DNA of 64,000 bases, taken from NCBI GenBank assembly GCA_028685755.1, contig JAQUDJ010000005.1:47237-111236 (forward strand), written 5' to 3'. The stretch's first letter is position 1, and each line of letters opens with the position of its first letter. Below, in pieces: positions 54,359 through 63,430 of the stretch. The stretch comes from Eubacteriales bacterium. GTDB taxonomy: Bacteria; Bacillota; Clostridia; Saccharofermentanales; UBA5734. The translations under genes were made by a program, and so were the position numbers. The notes below the pieces were generated by a model that ran no database searches, was not told the DNA's origin, and was given only the letters and a program-made list of their open reading frames with translations.

Positions 54359-57300
54359 ATGCCGAAACGTACGGATATTCATAAAATAATGGTGATTGGG
54401 TCTGGGCCGATCGTCATTGGTCAGGCTGCAGAATTCGATTATGCCGGCACACAGGCTTGTCGCGCCCTTAAAGCTGAAGGTTACGAAGTCATCTTGGTTA
54501 ATAGTAATCCAGCGACCATCATGACTGATAGTAACATGGCCGATAAAGTGTTTTTGGAACCTTTACAGACAGACGTCATTAAACGAATCATGCTTGAAGA
54601 AAAAGTCGATGGTTTATTGGCTACATTAGGCGGCCAAACTGGTCTGAACTTTGCGATGGAATTGGATGAATGCGGTTTCCTCGCGGAACATCAAATCGCT
54701 ATGCTCGGAACCCCGGCTGCCGGTATTCGAATGGGCGAAGACCGCGAAGAATTCCGTGCGGCAATGCTTCGAATTAATGAACCGTGTATCCCTTCAGGTA
54801 CTGCCAACAATCCCGAAGAATGCATTCGACTTGCAGAAGAAATCGGCTATCCCGTCATTGTACGTCCGGCGTTCACCTTAGGTGGCACAGGCGGCGGGAT
54901 TGCTGCAGACGAAACCGCACTACGTCAATTCGCAGCCTCTGGTTTAGCGGCTAGCCGCGTCCATCAGGTTTTAATCGAACGCAGCATTGCCGGTTGGAAG
55001 GAAATTGAATACGAAGCGGTTCGCGATGCGAAAGGCAATGCGATTACGATCTGTTCGATGGAGAATTTTGATCCGGTCGGCGTGCACACTGGTGATTCAA
55101 TTGTAGTCGCGCCAGCCCAAACGCTGACCGATATGGAATATCAAAAACTTCGCACGGCGGCCTTAAAAATCGTTGCTGAACTCGGTATCGTTGGTGGCTG
55201 CAACGTGCAATTTGCCCAACATCCGACACAGGTTGATTATGCTGTCATTGAAGTCAACCCACGACTTTCCCGCAGTTCAGCCTTAGCTTCGAAAGCGACC
55301 GGTTATCCAATCGCTAAAGTCGCTACCCGCATTGGCGTCGGCTATGCTCTAGATGAAATCCCTAATGAAGTTACTGGGACGACGTTTGCAAGTTTTGAAC
55401 CAGCACTCGACTACATTGTCACGAAAATACCCAAATGGCCATTTGATAAGTTTGTTAAAGCTCGTCGTACCTTAGGCACACAAATGAAAGCGACCGGCGA
55501 GGTCATGGCGATTGCAAACACGTTTGAAGCCTCGCTGATGAAAGCAATTCGTTCACTCGAACTCAATCTCATGGGATTACGTGTGCCCCTCATGATGGAA
55601 ATGACTGATCATGATCTCTGGCCACGAATCAAACAGGCTGATGATATGCGCATGTTTGCAGTCGCCGAAGGTTTGCGTCGCGGATTTACCATCGATGAAA
55701 TCTATGAAAAAACTTTAATTGATAAATTTTTTCTCAAGAAACTTGTCAATATTGTCAACATGGAAAATGCAATTAGCAACATGAAGGTCTTAGACGATAC
55801 CTTGCTTTTAGCCGCTGTCAAAATGGCCTTCACGGATACCTGGATCGCGCGTTTGAGCGGTTTAACTGTCGAAGATGTCCGTTCCCGCCGGAAGGAATTA
55901 GGTCTGATTCACACCTACAAAATGGTAGATACCTGCGCTGGTGAATATCGTGCCGTGACCCCTTATTTTTACTCAACTTTTGATATGACCAATGAAGCAC
56001 CACGAACAGACCGCAAAAAGGTCCTCGTGTTAGGTTCTGGACCAATCCGGATCGGCCAAGGTATCGAATTCGATTACTGTTCAGTGCACTCTGTGTGGGC
56101 ACTGCGAGAAATGGGTTATGAGGCAATTATCGCCAATAACAATCCCGAAACAGTTTCGACAGACTATGATACTTCAGACCGTCTATATTTCGAACCATTA
56201 ACGGCTGATGATGTCCGTGCCATTATCGAAAACGAACAGCCAGAAGGTGCCATTTGCCAATTTGGTGGCCAAACGGCGATCAAATTGATTAAAGCGGTCT
56301 CTGATATGGGTGTCAAAATATTTGGCACCTCAGCTGACGGTGTTGATGCCGCTGAAGATCGCAAACGTTTTGATGCGATCTTAGAAACATGCCAAATCAA
56401 ACGGCCAAACGGCACAACCGTCAAAACAGCTGAAGATGCCCTGCAGGCCGCATCTGAACTCGGTTATCCTGTCCTCGTTCGTCCGTCTTATGTCCTCGGT
56501 GGCCAAGGTATGGCCATCGTTCATAACGATGGCGACATGATCGAATACATGCGGATCATCAATCTTGTTGAACAAGAAAACCCCATTCTGGTTGATAAGT
56601 ATTTGATGGGCGTTGAATTGGAAGTTGATGCTGTCTCGGACGGTCATGACATCCTAATACCTGGCATTATGGAACATCTTGAACGGGCTGGAGTCCATTC
56701 AGGTGACTCGATATCGATCTTCCCAGCCTACATTTCGGAACGCATTCGCGAAATCATCATTGATTACACGCGAAAGTTGGCCGTCGCGTTAAAGGTTATC
56801 GGTTTATTAAACATTCAGTTTATCCTCTATAATGATGACGTCTATGTCATCGAAGTGAACCCGCGTTCATCTCGTACGGTGCCATATATCAGTAAAGTAA
56901 CCGGTATTCCAATTGTTGATTTGGCGACACGTGTAATGATGGGTGCAAAACTGAGTGAATTTGAATATGGAACGGGATTGTATGCCCGATATCCAGCCGT
57001 TTATGCGATCAAAGCACCGGTGTTTTCCTTCGAAAAACTCCACGATGTTGATACAAGCCTCGGGCCAGAAATGAAGAGCACAGGTGAAGTGCTTGGCTTA
57101 TCGACAACTTACAGTGAGGCCATGTACAAAGCGATCTTAGCTTCAAACTTTAAGTTTCCACCAAAAGGCGCTGGCATCTTAATGACGGTGCGTGACAGTG
57201 ATAAATCTGATCTCGTGTTGCTTGCCGATCGGCTCTTTAATTTAGGCTATGAACTCTATGGCACCGGCGGTACTGCGAATTACATGAATAAACATGGCGT

Positions 57301-57640
57301 GCCTTGCAGCATCGCCCGCCGTGTTGAAGAAGGTCACCCTTCAACGATCGACATGATCGACAACGGCACCGTCAAAATGCTGATCAATACCGAAAATTCT
57401 AATTCGAATGATGATCGTGAAGGATTTCGATTGCGCCGTCATGCAATTGAGCATGGCATTGCGACCATTACGTCGCTAGATACCCTAGTTGCAGTCGTTG
57501 AATGTCTCGAACGCGATCTTAAACCGGGTGATCTCAAGCCTTATGAAATCAGCGTTTTTGCAGATATTGTCGCTCAAACACGCTTCAATTGCCTGCCTTT
57601 AAATGAAATGCCGATGCAAAATGATATGCTCAAGAAATAA
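54359..57640 (+). CDS. carB: carbamoyl-phosphate synthase large subunit
   Basis: 1093 aa with duplicated ATP-grasp halves (IGSGPIVIGQAAEFDYAGTQA and LGSGPIRIGQGIEFDYC) and a C-terminal MGS-like domain. Confidence 0.92.
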   Translation: MPKRTDIHKIMVIGSGPIVIGQAAEFDYAGTQACRALKAEGYEVILVNSNPATIMTDSNMADKVFLEPLQTDVIKRIMLEEKVDGLLATLGGQTGLNFAMELDECGFLAEHQIAMLGTPAAGIRMGEDREEFRAAMLRINEPCIPSGTANNPEECIRLAEEIGYPVIVRPAFTLGGTGGGIAADETALRQFAASGLAASRVHQVLIERSIAGWKEIEYEAVRDAKGNAITICSMENFDPVGVHTGDSIVVAPAQTLTDMEYQKLRTAALKIVAELGIVGGCNVQFAQHPTQVDYAVIEVNPRLSRSSALASKATGYPIAKVATRIGVGYALDEIPNEVTGTTFASFEPALDYIVTKIPKWPFDKFVKARRTLGTQMKATGEVMAIANTFEASLMKAIRSLELNLMGLRVPLMMEMTDHDLWPRIKQADDMRMFAVAEGLRRGFTIDEIYEKTLIDKFFLKKLVNIVNMENAISNMKVLDDTLLLAAVKMAFTDTWIARLSGLTVEDVRSRRKELGLIHTYKMVDTCAGEYRAVTPYFYSTFDMTNEAPRTDRKKVLVLGSGPIRIGQGIEFDYCSVHSVWALREMGYEAIIANNNPETVSTDYDTSDRLYFEPLTADDVRAIIENEQPEGAICQFGGQTAIKLIKAVSDMGVKIFGTSADGVDAAEDRKRFDAILETCQIKRPNGTTVKTAEDALQAASELGYPVLVRPSYVLGGQGMAIVHNDGDMIEYMRIINLVEQENPILVDKYLMGVELEVDAVSDGHDILIPGIMEHLERAGVHSGDSISIFPAYISERIREIIIDYTRKLAVALKVIGLLNIQFILYNDDVYVIEVNPRSSRTVPYISKVTGIPIVDLATRVMMGAKLSEFEYGTGLYARYPAVYAIKAPVFSFEKLHDVDTSLGPEMKSTGEVLGLSTTYSEAMYKAILASNFKFPPKGAGILMTVRDSDKSDLVLLADRLFNLGYELYGTGGTANYMNKHGVPCSIARRVEEGHPSTIDMIDNGTVKMLINTENSNSNDDREGFRLRRHAIEHGIATITSLDTLVAVVECLERDLKPGDLKPYEISVFADIVAQTRFNCLPLNEMPMQNDMLKK

Positions 57641-57681
57641 GTGCTACTGTTTAAAAATTGTAGGGAGGGAGCAAGAACCAC

Positions 57682-58497
57682 ATGACACAGATCGAATTTA
57701 ACTGTCCGGTCGTCAATCAACATCGACTAAACGACCAATTTGTCATCTTGACGCTGAAATCTGCAGCCATTTGCGACACTGCTCAGCCTGGACAGTTCGT
57801 CAATTTATCGTGTCAGGAATTCTTACGTCGACCGTTTGGTATTATGGCAATTGATCGCGCGACAAATGAATTTCAAGTCGGAATTCAAATAAAGGGCAAG
57901 GGGACCAAACAACTTGCAGGTCTTAAAATCGGCGACATCGTCTCAATCCTAGGTCCATTAGGACATGGTTTTGATATGACTGGTGCACGACGAATTATCA
58001 CCGTTGGTGGAGGTACAGGTGTATTCCCACTTTATTTCGTTCATCAAACCGCAAAAGAACTCGGTATTGAGCGTATCGCGATTTGTGGATATCGTTCGGT
58101 TGAAGATGCAATTTTACGTGACGAATTTAAAGCAATCGCAAATCGTACTGTTTTTGCATCGGATACGGGTGGACTTGATGTCATAGGTCATGCAGGCCAC
58201 GCACTACAAATAGCACTTGAACAACTTGCGAGTAACACAATTGGATCACAACCGACCCTTGATCAATCTACCTTTATATTGACCTGTGGTCCGAAAATAA
58301 TGATGCAAAAAGTTGCAGAAATGGCATTAGCCAACGGTTTAAGCTGCCAAGTTTCACTCGAAGAACATATGGGATGTGGAATTGGGATCTGTTTAGTCTG
58401 TGTTTGCAAAATCAAAAATCACGAAACAGCCGAAATAAATCATCAACGCTGTTGTGTTGAAGGACCGGTTTTTGCAGCGGAGGACGTCGTATGGTGA
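57682..58497 (+). CDS. pyrK: dihydroorotate dehydrogenase B electron-transfer (FAD/2Fe-2S) subunit
   Basis: RRPF (FAD binding), GGGTG, and the C-terminal cluster motif CG.G.C..C. Confidence 0.85.
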   Translation: MTQIEFNCPVVNQHRLNDQFVILTLKSAAICDTAQPGQFVNLSCQEFLRRPFGIMAIDRATNEFQVGIQIKGKGTKQLAGLKIGDIVSILGPLGHGFDMTGARRIITVGGGTGVFPLYFVHQTAKELGIERIAICGYRSVEDAILRDEFKAIANRTVFASDTGGLDVIGHAGHALQIALEQLASNTIGSQPTLDQSTFILTCGPKIMMQKVAEMALANGLSCQVSLEEHMGCGIGICLVCVCKIKNHETAEINHQRCCVEGPVFAAEDVVW

Positions 58498-59402
58498 ATA
58501 CCCACGTTCAAATTGGCGAACTGACCCTCAAAAATCCAGTTATCGCAGCATCTGGAACCTTTGGGTTTGGCCGTGAAATGCAGCAATGGAATAATCTTTC
58601 GCAAATTGGGGGTATCAGCTCAAAAGGCTTAACCCTCAATCCTCGCCTCGGGAATGATCCGACTCGAGTAGCCGAAACAGCCAGTGGCATGCTCAATAGT
58701 GTAGGCTTGCAAAATCCTGGTTTACAAGCTTTTATAGAACATGAATTACCGTTTATGCTTGGCCTCGGCACGACTGTGATTGCCAATATTGCAGGACATT
58801 CATTAGAAGAGAATGTTCAAATGGCCATGCAACTCGATCAAACTGCTGTCCATGCCATTGAATTAAATTTGTCATGCCCGAATGTGAACAAAGGCTGTAT
58901 GGCATTTGGTAGTAGCGCGCATTTGATACAAGAAGTTGTGCGCGCTGTCCGCCAATCAACAACAAAACCCCTGTGGGTTAAGCTCACCCCGAATGTCACA
59001 GCAATTTCTGAAATGGCTTTAGCTGCAGAATCAGCTGGCGCCGATGCCGTGTGTCTGATCAATACCTTGTTGGGGATGGCTATCGATCGGAGAAGTCGAC
59101 GTCCTGTTTTGCGCAACAACACGGGGGGGCTGTCGGGCCCTGCCGTTAAACCTGTTGCATTACGCATGGTTTGGGATGTAGCCAAATCGGTGAGCATTCC
59201 AGTGATCGGAATGGGCGGCATCATGACTGGTGAAGATGCGCTAGAATTTATGATTGCCGGGGCGACTGCAGTTCAAGTTGGGACGGCCAACTTAGTCAAG
59301 CCGACAGCCTGTCAGGACATCATAAATGAAATGATTATGATTGCCACCGCGGAAAAGATTACAAGTTTCAGTCAATATACTGGCACGTTAAAAACGTGGT
59401 AG
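58491..59402 (+). CDS. pyrD: dihydroorotate dehydrogenase B catalytic subunit
   Basis: L.NPV..ASGTFGFG, NLSCPN (catalytic Cys, class 1B), GGLSG...KP.AL and IGMGGI. Confidence 0.9.
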   Translation: MVNTHVQIGELTLKNPVIAASGTFGFGREMQQWNNLSQIGGISSKGLTLNPRLGNDPTRVAETASGMLNSVGLQNPGLQAFIEHELPFMLGLGTTVIANIAGHSLEENVQMAMQLDQTAVHAIELNLSCPNVNKGCMAFGSSAHLIQEVVRAVRQSTTKPLWVKLTPNVTAISEMALAAESAGADAVCLINTLLGMAIDRRSRRPVLRNNTGGLSGPAVKPVALRMVWDVAKSVSIPVIGMGGIMTGEDALEFMIAGATAVQVGTANLVKPTACQDIINEMIMIATAEKITSFSQYTGTLKTW

Positions 59403-59415
59403 GCGAGGAGCACCA

Positions 59416-60273
59416 ATGAATCAATCATTTTCGATAGTCCAAGCCTTATTTGACACCAAAGCGATTCGCGTGGCACCTGCGGATCAACCCTTTTGGTATA
59501 CATCTGGCACGTTGGGACCTTATTACATCAATACCCATTTTTTATACGGCAACGAAGCAAATGCGAATGCGCTGTTAAGTGAAATTGAAATAGCAGTTAA
59601 GATGCCTCTGGAATTACCACACATCTTAACTGAGATGATCATGGAAACCTATCAGCAAATGCCTGTTTTTAAAGCGGTAATTGATTCATTGATTGGCGCT
59701 TTAGACGGCGTCGAATTTGATGTTGTTACTGGCGGGGAGAGAAGAGATTTCTTTTTTTCAATCCCTGTTGCGGCTTTGCTGAATAAGCCTCATTTGACGA
59801 TTTTAAAAGACGGCCAAGCATTTTGGGCTGATAAAAATGGCCAAAACGGCCATGAAGTCAAAGCGAATGAGCTGAACGGCCAAAAAGCACTTCATATCGC
59901 TGATTTAGTTACTGAAGCCTCAAGCTATACCAGAACATGGTTGCCTACCCTCAATCGTTGTGGTCTATCGATTGATGCGACGGCTGTGGTTGTTGATCGA
60001 GATCAAGGTGGGCGTGAGATTTTAGAAGATGCCGGTGTGAAACTTATCGCGTTGACAAAGATTAATGAAGACTTATTTAAGCAAGCCCAACTCGCTGGTC
60101 TGATTAGTGAACAGCAGTTAGACCAAATAATTCAATTCACACAAAATCCGCATCACTATATGCAAGCTTTTTTTACAGCGCATCCAGCTTTTCTGAATCA
60201 GCAAATCGCGATTGGTGGCAAGGCTGAAGAACGCGCTCGTCGCTGTTTAGAACAAGGCTATGGCGAAATCTAA
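59416..60273 (+). CDS. orotate phosphoribosyltransferase homologue; atypically long with a degenerate PRPP-binding motif
   Basis: The N-terminus LFDTKAIRVAPADQPFWYTSGTLGPYYIN parallels PyrE (..F.L.SG..SP.Y.D). The PRPP-loop position reads LHIADLVTEASS rather than the canonical acidic pair plus T(T/S)GG(T/S). It has about 70 extra residues but sits in the pyrE operon position. Confidence 0.55.
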   Translation: MNQSFSIVQALFDTKAIRVAPADQPFWYTSGTLGPYYINTHFLYGNEANANALLSEIEIAVKMPLELPHILTEMIMETYQQMPVFKAVIDSLIGALDGVEFDVVTGGERRDFFFSIPVAALLNKPHLTILKDGQAFWADKNGQNGHEVKANELNGQKALHIADLVTEASSYTRTWLPTLNRCGLSIDATAVVVDRDQGGREILEDAGVKLIALTKINEDLFKQAQLAGLISEQQLDQIIQFTQNPHHYMQAFFTAHPAFLNQQIAIGGKAEERARRCLEQGYGEI

Positions 60274-60907
60274 TCATTTTTTAACAGCACAGTTCGATCA
60301 ACATGCGGTGGACAATCCAACGCATGACCCAACGCATGCCCCAACGCTTGATCCAACACCGATTCAACGGCTGGATCTAGCTCAAGTCGCGCCGCATGCT
60401 TATTTCATCCATCGCAGTCGACGTCGGACCATTGCCTTAATTGTACAAGCTAACAACCAAATCGAAGTGCGATGTGGTCTCAAGACATCGCTTGTACTTA
60501 TTGAGCAATTTGTGAAAAGCAAACAATCATGGATTGCAAAGAAACTACAGGCCAATAAGCTACTGATACCAGTTGATCCTGGGACAGGTCGTCTTTATGA
60601 TCATTTGCGTCAAGAGACCTACGCTCGCGTTACCGCGATTTTATCCGACTATCCACATCTTTCACCGACACAAATTACGATTCGCCGCCAAAAAAGACGG
60701 TGGGGTAGCTGCAATCGGAAACGTCAAATCAGCATCAATACGAGTGCAGGTCTTTTACCCCCGGAATTACTTGAATATATCGTCGTACATGAATTGTGCC
60801 ACCTCGAACATTTTGACCATAGTCCGGCCTTTTATCAGTATCTCCTCAAACATTTGCCAGATGCTATAGCGCGCCAAAAACAATTAAAACGCTATCTGAT
60901 TATATGA
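60260..60907 (+). CDS. YgjP-like metal-dependent hydrolase (DUF45/WLM-type HExxH)
   Basis: RRWGSC........IN..L...P.E.LEY.VVHELCHLEH.DHS..F matches the DUF45 pattern. Confidence 0.7.
   Translation: MAKSNHFLTAQFDQHAVDNPTHDPTHAPTLDPTPIQRLDLAQVAPHAYFIHRSRRRTIALIVQANNQIEVRCGLKTSLVLIEQFVKSKQSWIAKKLQANKLLIPVDPGTGRLYDHLRQETYARVTAILSDYPHLSPTQITIRRQKRRWGSCNRKRQISINTSAGLLPPELLEYIVVHELCHLEHFDHSPAFYQYLLKHLPDAIARQKQLKRYLII
60317..60364 (+). repeat. four degenerate tandem copies of a 12-nt unit (CCAACGCATGMC) encoding PTHD/PTHA/PTLD/PTPI
   Basis: Read directly in the 5' region of the YgjP-like gene. Confidence 0.8.
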
Positions 60908-61716
60908 AAATATCATTTGAACAATTCAATTGGGAAAAGTCAGATACTGCTACGAGTGATTGGAATGCAGATTTAAACAAGGCCTCGTTAGTCAATCAAA
61001 TGCCTACGATTAGCATTGTTTATGAAGATGAATGGCTGCTTGTCGTGGATAAGCCAGCCGGTTTAGCCGTCCAATCCGATCGCGCGGGTCATGAACATTT
61101 GATATCTCACTTAGCAAAATACCGACCGGGACAGTCCTTGTTTCTAGTGCATCGACTTGATTTACCAGTAAGCGGTTTAGTCGTGCTGGCAAAGACTGCC
61201 ACTGTACAGACGCATTTAACAAAACAAATGGCAACAAAAACGTTTATTAAAGTGTACCGTGCAATCGTTTGGGGTGATATTGCTCCAAATTGCGGGGTGA
61301 TTACGGATTATATCAAACATGACGAACAAACAAACCACAGTCAAATTGTTACTTCAACACATCACACTGCAAAAATAGCGACGCTACAATATGAAAAAAT
61401 TGCTCACTCAATTTACCGCGATCATCCCATTTCATTGCTCGCAATTCGCTTGGAGACAGGGAGACATCATCAGATTCGTGTACAACTCAGTCACAAAGGC
61501 TGGCCGATTGTCGGTGATCGTAAATATGCGCTCAATAATGGGAATACTGGTCGTGATCAAGGGATAAAATGGCCAGCGTTACAAGCCTGGACCATTCGAT
61601 TTAATCATCCATATCTGAATCAAATAATGTCTTTTTCCGTAAACGTTCCACAAATGCCACCCTGGAATCAGTTTGATCTGTCACACATGTGCTGTAACCT
61701 GATCAATCAAGTGTGA
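60904..61716 (+). CDS. RluA-family pseudouridine synthase without an S4 domain
   Basis: VHRLDLPVSGLVVLAKT (catalytic Asp), Y.A.VWG and GRHHQIRVQL. ATGA overlap with the upstream gene. Confidence 0.8.
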   Translation: MKISFEQFNWEKSDTATSDWNADLNKASLVNQMPTISIVYEDEWLLVVDKPAGLAVQSDRAGHEHLISHLAKYRPGQSLFLVHRLDLPVSGLVVLAKTATVQTHLTKQMATKTFIKVYRAIVWGDIAPNCGVITDYIKHDEQTNHSQIVTSTHHTAKIATLQYEKIAHSIYRDHPISLLAIRLETGRHHQIRVQLSHKGWPIVGDRKYALNNGNTGRDQGIKWPALQAWTIRFNHPYLNQIMSFSVNVPQMPPWNQFDLSHMCCNLINQV

Positions 61717-61758
61717 TAAAATCGAGTATCTCTTGTAATCAATGGAGTTTGTACGATT

Positions 61759-62385
61759 TTGATAGGTTTAATTATCACTTTATTGCTGAGTAGCGTTCTA
61801 TTGGTTCTGACCGGTACACTATCCTTGCTAGAGGCTAGTTTTTTCCTTTTGACCGGAAGTGTGGCACTGTCTTTGATCAGTTATCAATCGCATCAAAAGC
61901 GCCACCGCTTGGTGTTTAGAAGTCATGAAATCGGGGCGACAAGTGCGATTGCCGTGAGGCATTTAGGCGGACTTCCTTTTCCGATTCCGACTGAGGCCAA
62001 TCTGTTTATTGGCATTGATTTTATTCGGGTGGAAACTGATCACGATCATTGGCAAAGTGATCGCTTGCAATTAAATCGCATTGTTATCATGTCAGCTGAG
62101 CAAATCCATCAACTGCCTGATCGCGACATCATTTTAGCCCTATCCGGTGGAACATCCCGATTATTGTCCCTCGTTCGAGAAAAAATTAGACGGGGTGACT
62201 CGGCTGTACGACGTTCAAAGCTGCTATTTTTAACGTTCGAAATAGCGTCAGAAAATGAACAAACTGTCGAAAATGAGCAGATCATCGTGATTTGCTCATT
62301 TTCGGACACGAAAAATATGCAAAAAATATTAAAAAGAGAGGATCTGGCAGATCGTGTTGTTGATTTTTTGCCAGATGCAGGTTGA
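61759..62385 (+). CDS. hypothetical membrane protein
   Basis: TTG start and two N-terminal TM helices. No family recognised. The 3' part contains a strong palindrome, so the true C-terminus is uncertain. Confidence 0.45.
   Translation: MIGLIITLLLSSVLLVLTGTLSLLEASFFLLTGSVALSLISYQSHQKRHRLVFRSHEIGATSAIAVRHLGGLPFPIPTEANLFIGIDFIRVETDHDHWQSDRLQLNRIVIMSAEQIHQLPDRDIILALSGGTSRLLSLVREKIRRGDSAVRRSKLLFLTFEIASENEQTVENEQIIVICSFSDTKNMQKILKREDLADRVVDFLPDAG
62268..62304. repeat. 37-nt near-perfect palindrome/hairpin (17 bp stem including one G-U pair, 3-nt loop)
   Basis: CGAAAATGAGCAGATCA-TCG-TGATTTGCTCATTTTCG, read directly. The outer 12 bp are perfect. Confidence 0.85.
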
Positions 62386-62388
62386 TTC

Positions 62389-63417
62389 ATGGGTTTTGAA
62401 TACATAACACGCATTCCAAGTTCTGAAGAAATTATCAGTGCTTATCCGGCAACTGCCGCAATTAAAGCAGCAAAGGCCAAACGAGATGCTGCGATTCAAG
62501 CGATATTGACAGGAGAATCAGACAAATTCTTATTGGTAATCGGACCTTGTTCCGCAGACTCGGAGGAACCTGTTTTAGAATATTGTAATCGCTTAGCCGT
62601 CTTACAAGCAGAAGTTTCTGATCGCTTGGTTTTAGTTCCCCGCATATATACTAACAAGCCACGAACGACAGGTGAAGGCTATAAAGGCATCTCGCATCAA
62701 CCGAATCCGGAAAAGGAACCCGATATGGTTGCTGGCCTCATTGCTTTGCGAACGTTGCATTTGCACGCGATCGAACAAACCGGCTTAACGGCAGCTGACG
62801 AAATGCTTTATCCAGAAAATCACACCTATCTTGCCGATTTGCTCAGTTATGTTGCAATTGGTGCACGCTCGGTTGAAAATCAGCAACATCGCTTGACGGT
62901 TAGTGGCATTGATATGCCAGCAGGAATGAAAAACCCAACGAGCGGTGATGTATCCGTCATGTTAAATGGTGTTTATGCCGCCCAACAAGGTCATATATTC
63001 TCTTACCAAGGTTATCAAGTCAAAACGAGTGGCAATCCCTTTGCTCATGCCATTTTGCGCGGAGCGGTTGATCATGCAGGTCATTCGATCCCCAATTACC
63101 ATTATGAAGATTTGCAACTGCTTTTTGCACAATACGCCAAACGCGAATTGCAAAATCCGGCTGTTTTGATTGACACCAATCATGCAAATTCAAACAAGCG
63201 CTACAAAGAGCAACCACGAATTGCCAAGGAAGTTTTACATAGTCGCAAGGTCTCACCGGATATTCACTCGCTTGTTAAAGGTTTGATGATCGAAAGCTAT
63301 CTTGAAGAGGGCAACCAGTCGATTGGTGGAGGTGTCTACGGAAAATCAATTACAGACGCTTGCCTAGGTTGGGGCGCGTCACGCGACCTAGTTCTTTCGA
63401 TTGCTGATTTGGTTTAA
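62389..63417 (+). CDS. aroG: 3-deoxy-7-phosphoheptulonate (DAHP) synthase, class I (AroF/G/H-like)
   Basis: LLVIGPCS, R.YT.KPRT..G.YKG, LAD......IGARS.ENQ.HR and DTNH.NS motifs. Confidence 0.85.
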   Translation: MGFEYITRIPSSEEIISAYPATAAIKAAKAKRDAAIQAILTGESDKFLLVIGPCSADSEEPVLEYCNRLAVLQAEVSDRLVLVPRIYTNKPRTTGEGYKGISHQPNPEKEPDMVAGLIALRTLHLHAIEQTGLTAADEMLYPENHTYLADLLSYVAIGARSVENQQHRLTVSGIDMPAGMKNPTSGDVSVMLNGVYAAQQGHIFSYQGYQVKTSGNPFAHAILRGAVDHAGHSIPNYHYEDLQLLFAQYAKRELQNPAVLIDTNHANSNKRYKEQPRIAKEVLHSRKVSPDIHSLVKGLMIESYLEEGNQSIGGGVYGKSITDACLGWGASRDLVLSIADLV

Positions 63418-63430
63418 GAGGTAAACACCG

